Shown here: one piece after another, positions 55,956 to 64,000 of the stretch
Layout of the letters: every line of letters starts with the position of its first letter
Position numbering within the stretch: position 1 is the stretch's first letter
Origin: Veleropilina oligotropha
Taxonomy: Eukaryota
NCBI GenBank assembly: GCA_048128005.1
Contig: JBEUKZ010000127.1
Location: 248,001-312,000, forward strand
Reading direction: 5' to 3'
DNA: 64,000 nt
Notes under the pieces: generated by a model
What the model saw: the letters and a program-made list of their open reading frames with translations, nothing else
Database searches by the model: none
What the model was told of the DNA's origin: nothing
Program-made: the position numbers and the translations under genes

Positions 55956-57411
55956 CTATATTCTGATATGACCATATATTGTTAAATTGGCCATTATAAG
56001 CATTGATGTAATCCCAATCAAAATTGCCTTTGCCTGTCATTGTAGATAAGTACTTCATAATCATAATTTAATGATGTTATTTGAATTTCAGTTTATTGTC
56101 CAGTTTAACACATATGGTCATATATTTACATCGTCCTCTATTTAGCTCAATACAGTTTGATTGCGTTCATACTATTATGAATGCAATAGTGTAAATACGC
56201 TAGGCGTAACAATACCGGACTACGCTGACCCTGTTTGAATATAAATGTTATACATGTAAAGTTTTGTCTCTAATGTAAAATTTACATTATATATTTAATA
56301 TCAAATAAATTTATGAATTCAATTTTAATAACAATATTGTTCATTATTTTTACAATGAAATGAAATCCATACAGGAACTATTTTTGTACGATGAAAAGGC
56401 TGTTCCATTAATTGGACGTTACCTGACGATATACAATATATAGTTACAAACATACTTACGTCCTTACTCTTGCCATAATAGTAATATTATTGCCAACCGG
56501 AAACAGTGAATAAGTCACGTTATGCACTATTAATAAGTCAAAGACGCAAAAACGTACCACGGTTACCTCCCCTGCTCCACCTCCACCACGTTCCCCCGCG
56601 AGACCTCGCCAAGTCTCGCGAGACTTCTGAACCATAGAAGTCACATGACATCAATTCAAAGTTTTCCGCTGCCGCGGAAAGACGTTGTTTTGCTCCGCAA
56701 ATATTTCGAAATAGGCGCCCGATTTCACGTTAAATCAGGACGCAATATATACTTATATGATATAAGTAGTGGAATATAACCCTGTGTTGTGGATACAAGA
56801 CACAAGTGAATATAAGAAGATTGTGATTCTCAAAACTTCGAGGAGTTCTGGACATCAAGTAACCGACAGCGTCGCCGTTGCTAAGGAAAAAAGCATGGCC
56901 GCTTAGAGGGAAGTTTCGTGTGTAGCTGAAATTTCTGGTCGGTATATTTATCTGATATTGTTTGAGACTGCAAACAGGTAACTCATTATATTGGATAATT
57001 CCTTAACGACGCTATTTGCTGGTTATTATTGTATAAAATTTCTAGCGTCGTTAATAGGCAGGACTGTTCTGATATTCCTTTAAGTTATTCTGATATCCTG
57101 CCGTTTCTGGGATAATACACCATTGTACTAACATAAAAACATCCACGAGGTCTTTTCAGGTGTTTTTCTGGGCGGTTTTTTCTAAGAGAAAACCCCCGTT
57201 TGTTCTAGTCAATTACCCGGGTTTTTTTACCGGGTCGTGTCGGGTAAATACCCGACCTCGGTGTTCCCAGTGCGGGGTTTTTTGCGCTTTGCGGTATATC
57301 GCTTGATCTTTGATCTTCAGATCAGGGCAATTCTAGGAGTTGTCGTAGTATAGTCACAACTACCATATATATACCTATTTCACTACCCCGTATACCCACT
57401 CCTATCCTCCC

Positions 57412-59800
57412 GTGTATACCCTCTGGTCCGGTGCAGTAGCTCCGGGTGTAACCAGAAAATTCACGGGTTTTGATACGCACACGGAATGCCGTATTCACCG
57501 TAGTTGTAGTAAAATTAAACTTCAGTGTGATTTGTGCCTTGTTTTTACAGACAAGCAGTGGGCGGTTCTATCCCAACCGGGTAAGTCGACCAGGGCGACT
57601 GCCACGGTGGGCCCTCCTCGGGAAAGGGGCAGGAAAAGGGGTTGTTTGCAGACAGTAAGTTAAGGGATAATTCTTCTTTGTCTACTTCAGGGACGCTGGA
57701 CGACAGCCGACGTAAAGCACCGTCTGTCGCCGGGTCTACCGGCGATACCTCCGCGACTCTCGGGGGAGTCACCGAACCCTTGCCGGGACCCCAGATTCAG
57801 GTAAAGGCCCGAGTGCCGACCGTTCCGCCTCAACCGGGCCTAGTAACTGCAGTCAGCCATACCTTGCCGGCTAGCAAGGTATACATGACAGCGCAGCGAA
57901 CAGCTGTACAGGGCAGACCATCCCCATCCTTTTCTTCGGCCTCGAAGAATAAGGGGACAGTTAGTCCTTCTGCGGTACACTCTCCGTCTAGCGACGGTGA
58001 AAGAACCAATGCAGAGAAAGCCTTTAAAGACGCCGAGCACCTACTTGTAGGTCGAAGACTCGGACAATCGGCGAAACCTGAATCCTCGCTCGAGACCGAC
58101 GCGACTTCCCCTAGGGGTTTTCCGCTCAACCTCGAGGCTCACGAGACGTTCAGAGGGCCCGGTCTCTCCCGTGCACCCTACGTGGTCACGCTAGAGGACG
58201 TGGACAGACCGGCTGCGTTTGGGACGGGGTTCTACGGCGGTTTTCCGTCCGTGCCTCGCTCGAACAGAGTGGTAGACCGATCAGAACTGTTGCCGCAGTC
58301 CTATCGGTCGTCCGGCCCACTGACTGCGCCTCCGGGCCAGTCCTTCGGGTTCGACCCCTCGACAAGTGCCCGTGGACCCTGGTCCTCGGTACCACCTGTC
58401 CGTGCAGCCCGTCTACCTAGCGCCACGGTGACTTCGACCGAACTACCGGCTGTTAGTTCGACGCCCGTCATGCCTCCGGGTTTCTCTTTAGAGAACGTCC
58501 AGGCTATGTTCGCGGCGGAGTTCGAGTCCCGATGTCGGGCCTGGCAACCGGCTTCCTAGCCGCTCCAGGTACCTACACCTCTGCCTGTGGCGCAGAGCAC
58601 GGCTCCTGCCTCCGTGGTGGGGATCGAACCTCGTTCCGACGAGGACCTCGACTCCACTCACTCCGACCTCCCTGTATCGGTCGGGCCCGAAGACGCTGGT
58701 AGTCTTCCAGGCACGCAGGAGCCGACCTCCACCACCCGCCGAACTCGACGCTGTTGCGTCACTTCGCGGGGTGCTTGACCTGCCGGAACCGACTCGGTCG
58801 TATGTAGGCCCGGTCAAGCACAGGACGGCGGCGCATCGGTTTGTTGAGAAGGAAGCCCCCTTGCTTCCTTCCTTACCTCAGTCCGGGCTGGTTGATCGGG
58901 TGTTGACTCGACAACCAAGCTCAGTCGGGGGCGCAATCCGGTGGAGTCCTCCCCACTGACCGAGTACCCTTCGGGGTTCCGTAGTGGGAGGTACCTCCGG
59001 GCCAGTTCGCGTTCGATCCCGTTCGCATGTACTGGTCCGTGCCTGGCGACTGAGCCGGTTCGTGTTGACGCAGCGTTGCGTTGACTGACCGCCAGTCACA
59101 CTCCCTCTGTAGCGAGAGTTCCTGGGTTCGCCTTGGAAGCTTTCGAGAGCTCCGCCCGATGGGCTCTGCGGCCGTCGTCCGTTCAGGATTTTTCCTAGAC
59201 GGGACGATAGCCGTATTACAGGAGGATGGACCCGGCGCCCGTGGGCTGCCCTGTCCTTCCTCCAGGAGGTTGCTGCCGTTATGGAGACCAACGCGTTGGA
59301 GACGGGACGTGTCCTGGGTAACGCACTCCTACTTCGTAGGGCCGCTTACCTTGAAGGCACCTCGCTAGATGAGGCCACCCGGCGCTCGTTGCGATGCGTG
59401 CCTTGCTCGGCCACCACTCTATTTGCCGACGATTTCTCAGAATTCGTCGACAGAGAGCGGCGGACCTGACGGACCGTACCATCGAGTAGGCGGTGCTGCA
59501 CCCCCCGGGGGTCCACCCGCCGACTCGAGGAAGCGTTCAGGGCCCACCTGGACCCCGAAGCCTTCCAAGCGTGCATGGCCCTCTTCTGGTGGTAGGCCCC
59601 GGCCATTAACCCACTCCGAAGAGGCAAGCACCTCCAACAAGCTCCCGTACGCAGAGCGGGAGAGGGAAGCCTCGGCCCTAGGGCTGCCGGCACACACACG
59701 ACAGTCCCAGCTACCCGCTTCCGCCGGTGGAAGCGTATCTGTTAGCGTACAGCCAGCCATGGCTAGACTACCAGACAGTAGCTGGGTCCCTCCGTCGTGA
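57412..59800 (+). pseudogene. DIRS gag-like ORF, fragmented
   Basis: N-terminal Cys/His cluster (D.HTEC..H..C.....C..C....DKQW), Pro/Ser-rich middle, LGNALLLRRAAYL and TLFADDF C-terminal motifs; stops and frameshifts. Confidence 0.75.
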
Positions 59801-61700
59801 GTGCCGGATACAAGTTGGTTCAACCGGCATCCGACCCTAAACGAGGCACCACCAACAAGACACGCTCGCCTCCTAATCGGAGAAAAGCGAGCGGTCTTAG
59901 ACCAGGCAGTGCGGGACCTACCCGCGCCGCCCAGCACACCAGGAAAATACAGCCATTTCTTCCTGGTCCCGAATCCCGATGGCCGCTAGCGACCGATCTT
60001 CGGTCTCTCGTAAACTATATCTTCGTACCGAGAAATTCCAGCAAGAATCCCTCTCGAAGATACGAGCGGCCATCCATCCGGGCGACTGGGCAGCGTCTAT
60101 CTATCTGACCGACGCGTATCTGCATGCCCCGATGCATATCACGGCTCATCAGTACCTTCGGTTTACACACGGGAGACGATCTACCATTCAGGTTCCTACC
60201 GTTCGGTCTATCGTCAGCCCCGTACGTCTTCACGAGAACAGTACAGGCCCTTAGGGCCTTCCTACACTCTCTAGGGCTCAGGGTACATATATACCTCGAC
60301 GACTGGCTGATCTCGGGGCGTCCCGAGATCTGTGCCTCCGGTCTACGAGCTTTACCCTGTCATCGACGAAGCGCCTGGGATTTCAGATCAACGAGACAAA
60401 ATCCTGCTTCGTGCCCTCGACGACGTTTACGTTCCTCGGAGTCGACTTCGATACGGTCCGGTACACCGCGAAGCCGACCCAGAAGCGTATGCGGAACCTA
60501 CGCGCGGTTATCCAAGACACCCTGTCATCGGACATAACTACGGCGCGACAACTGGCCACTGTCCTGGGGCACATCGAGTCGGTAGCGCCCCTGCTACCGA
60601 CGGGTCGCATGGACTAAATACCGTTACAACAGGCGTTCAGGGATCGCTGGATACAACGGACGGGGCAGTGGACGGATCGCATCGATCTACGGCATTGGTT
60701 TACCGACACGACAGCAGTGTGGTTGAACCCCACTTTGCCGGACCAGTCGGTTCCTATATCCCCACCAGAGCCGAACGCTTACCTGTTCACAGACGCTTCG
60801 AACGACGGCTGGGGTGGTCACCTCGACAGTTACGAGACATCAGGCCTATGGCCGACAGACCTTCAGGGACGACATATCAACTTCCTAGAGTTAGTAGCCG
60901 TCTACCTGTCAGTACGGTCCCTCTCGTTACATCTCCGCAACAAGCACATAATGCTCGCCACGGACAACACGACTGTCGTCGCTTACATACAGCACCAGGG
61001 CGGTACTCGCTCGCGTCCCCTATGCGACCGAGCAATAGACCTACACCGCTTAGTGATGTCCCTCAACTCGACGATTCGAGCCCGACACATCCCGGGAAAG
61101 CTGAATGTCAGAGCGGATTCGCTCTCTCGGAGATCACAGATTTTACACACAGAGTGGACGCTACACAGCCGAGTAGCTCGGGATGTTTGCCGCCGGTGGT
61201 CGCAACCCCAAGTCGATTTGTTTGCAACAGAATTCAATTACCGACTACCTCTGTATGTCTCCCCGTACCCAGACCCGGCCGCCCTAGCGGTCGACACACT
61301 GTCAATGACATGGGAGAATCTGTCCGCGTATGCCTTCCCCCCGACGTGCATTCTATCACTGGTATTACAGAAGGCAGCGACCGAACGTTGCGAGATAACG
61401 CTAATAGCGCCCCTGTATCGCACGCAACCTTGGTTTCCGACCCTCCTCGATCTGATCGTCGATCGACCGTTAGCGTTACCGCAGAAACTAGACCTGTTAA
61501 TGCAACCACGCACCCGTGTACTCCACGAGTCGCCGAACCACTTACGTTTACACGCCTGGCGGTTATCGAACGATCCCTTGCTAAGAAAGGATTTTCTAAA
61601 GCTACAGCCTTACGTATCTATCGATCGAGAAGGATTTCCACGACAAAAGTCTATGACTACCGATGGGTTAAGTACGTGGATTGGTGTCACAGCAGGCAGG
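59800..61700 (+). pseudogene. DIRS pol: RT, RNase H, DAM-like adenine methyltransferase
   Basis: YSHFFLVPNPDGR* (stop at the conserved W), LPFGLSSAPYVFTR, YLDDW; RH and MT open within 60717-61982. Confidence 0.9.
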
Positions 61701-62626
61701 TCAATACCCCGTCCCCCTGTGAACAAGTTTATCGAGTTTTTATCGTCGCTCTTCGACCGCGGTATGTCAGTGTCCGCCGTCAAAGGCTATCGGGCAACGA
61801 TCGCGACCACGTTAAAACAGTGTCGTGCCCATGCCGGCCTATCAAGCGACCGAACGATATCAGATTTTATACGATCTTACGAACTCGAGATACCGACCCG
61901 AAAATTAAGCCACCTGCTTGGAATATCGTACTTATTCTTAACGCATTACTCTTACCCCCGTATGAGTCGATGTCCGAGATAACCATGAGGAACTTGACGC
62001 ACAAAACGGTTTTTCTGATCGCCTTAGCGTCGGGCAGGCGTTGTTCCGAGATTCATGCTTTCTCCTCCGAGCTATGAGATATACGATTCCAGTCAGACGG
62101 GTCGGTGATACGGCGTCCTATTCTGGGCTTCCTAGCCAAGAACCACGGCCGAACGAGGACGCACCCGATGTTGTTATCCCCAAGCTAACGCTAGTCGGAA
62201 GGCGCGACACAGACCGCTTCAATTGCCCGGTCCGGGCGCTTCGGTTCTACCTAGACAGACCCGTGATTTGCGGCAGGGAAAATTACGTTTATTCATATCG
62301 TATTTGTCCACCTACACCCGCGACATTACGAGGACTACTGTTTCGCGGTGGATTTCACAGACAGTGATGTATACATCCGCTGTGACAACGACGACCGAAC
62401 TATTTATCGGTCCGCGCACATGAAGTCCGGGCAAATTGCCGCGTCTGTAGCATTCCGACATAATTTAAATATCAATGCGTTACTTCAGGCTGGATATTGG
62501 AAACACGCTAATGTGTTTGTCAAACATTATCTGCGGGACTACTCAACAAGTGCTGATGGCCTGAGCAGCTTACAGTGTGTTGCTGCACAAAGGGTTATTG
62601 TTAGACCGAGGTCTTCTAATCAGTAA
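61540..62626 (+). pseudogene. DIRS tyrosine recombinase, frameshifted
   Basis: STTKVYDYRW, PPAWNIVLIL..L...PYE, KTVFLIALASGRRCSEI, CPVRALRFY, AHEVRA, GYW..ANVFVKHYLRD. Confidence 0.9.
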
Positions 62627-63461
62627 GTATTGTTCTCTGAATGATCATTTGCATATTTACTGACGCCATTTTATTTTTGTTGGCCAAACGGTGCTACGAA
62701 AATTAACACCTATAAGGCAGTTCAATGTCTGTTCATTTCTTAAATCTAATTTAAGATTTTGTACTTTTCATGTCAGACCTGAGCAGTTGACAGCCAGATT
62801 ACATTGAATTTAATAAAACAACTTTTATAATTTTGCACAAACCTTAAAAAAGATTGAGGTTCAATATTATTTTGTTCTTTGCTGTAATCGAACATACGAT
62901 GTTCAATACATTAAAAAATGTTGATTCCTTAACATTTATTTTTAAGTAACATGTCGAACATTTTTGCTTCCTTAAAATTTATTTTAAGTGACATGTCGTC
63001 CATGTTAGCGTTCGCAAGTTGGTCATGCGAATTACTTATTAATATCGATTATTTATAATAATCTATTAATTCTTTGCTTTTGATTTAAAGCTTTCACAAC
63101 CTGTTAGGTTCCGTGTGCTTACAAATCCGACTGCATCCTCTGGCTACCGGCCTTCGGCCAGGAGTACCATTTGGCTGCCACTGGTCCATGGCACGTAAGA
63201 CCTACAGGGATTTATCCTTCCGGCCGTGCCTGGGGCTGATTGCACTTCCGTTCACCTCGTCCGACTCACACCACGGCGTATTCTCCCGGTAACACTGGTC
63301 GAAATTCTCGCTTGGTAAGAGTAGAATATAATACTCAGTAAAGATTCCACTCTAGGCGGACACAATCGACGCTTCATGCTGATTGAATTGGTGACAAGTA
63401 AGTCATTATCTTGTTTGGGTTTGTTGTAAGGAACGTCTTACCCACCTATCCAAGGTTATTC

Positions 63462-63552
63462 TGGCAAGAGTAAGGACGTAAGTATGTTTGTAACTATATA
63501 TGAGGTTTTAATGTAAACCTAATATTAGTATAAAACATACTTACGTCCTTAC
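63462..63552. repeat. DIRS internal complementary region (ICR)
   Basis: 63462-63501 is the reverse complement of 56436-56475; 63499-63552 is the reverse complement of 63810-63863. Confidence 0.95.
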
Positions 63553-64000
63553 CACGATTACCCACCCTGCGTTTCGCATTCCTCCCCTCTACTACGTTCC
63601 TTTGTGGTTTTTGAACTTTGAATTGATGTCATGTGACTTCTATGGTTCAGAAGTCTCGCGAGACTTGGCGAGGTCTCGCGGGGGAACGTGGTGGAGGTGG
63701 AGCAGGGGAGGTAACCGTGGTACGTTTTTGCGTCTTTGACTTATTAATAGTGCATAACGTGACTTATTCACTGTTTCCGGTTGGCAATAATATTACTATT
63801 ATGGCAAGAGTAAGGACGTAAGTATGTTTTATACTAATATTAGGTTTACATTAAAACCTCATAATAACTACATCATAACAAACTAAATATTATGTTTATT
63901 TTTACGGGATTCTGTTTAAATACTAATGTAAACATAAGGATTGAACTACAGTTTGGTTGCGTTTATGCTGGTATGAATGAAAGCAGCAATTACATACCGC

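Larger units (their letters stand above)
56436..63863 (+). mobile_element. Full-length DIRS1-type retrotransposon with identical ITRs, ICR and ATA terminal trinucleotides
   Basis: ITRs 56448-56663 / 63614-63829 identical by eye; ICR 63462-63552; gag, RT (YLDDW), RNase H (FTDAS, HINFLEL, TDNTT, ADSLSR), MT (DLFAT, YAFPP), YR (GRRCSEI, HEVR, HYL). Confidence 0.97.

Noticed and set aside
56456..56644. Duplicated 62-aa gene (with 63633-63821)
   Set aside because: A chance ORF within the identical DIRS ITRs.
61200..61480. Bacterial/phage DNA adenine methyltransferase as HGT or contamination
   Set aside because: It is the standard MT domain downstream of RNase H in DIRS elements.
63285..63350. 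Twister ribozyme suggested by taacactg
   Set aside because: The P4/pseudoknot elements (GGUCCCAAGCC-like and AGGG) are absent.

Overview
AT-rich animal (invertebrate, plausibly mollusc-like; inferred) genomic DNA with spliceosomal introns and heavy transposon load. Two host genes sit head-to-head. Exon 1 of EMG1/NEP1 (18S rRNA pseudouridine methyltransferase) is on the minus strand at 1357-1482. On the plus strand is a large uncharacterised gene that I reconstructed by hand as 31 phase-compatible coding exons (3562-54246, about 1248 aa). Its protein is two divergent tandem copies of one module, each starting with a Dpy-30/RIIa-like motif and possibly holding a degenerate nucleotidyltransferase-like core. 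Mobile DNA includes two full-length but decayed DIRS tyrosine-recombinase retrotransposons with inverted terminal repeats (ITRs) and a circle-junction internal complementary region (ICR) at 25143-32195 (-) and 56436-63863 (+). There are also three Penelope-like elements (PLEs) carrying four minimal hammerhead ribozyme motifs, a Gypsy gag-pro-RT relic, Tc1/mariner and hAT relics, Helitron/Helentron-type non-autonomous elements, nested MITEs, tRNA-derived SINEs and six young minisatellites, three of which arose inside retroelements. All coordinates were read by eye; no database searches were run.
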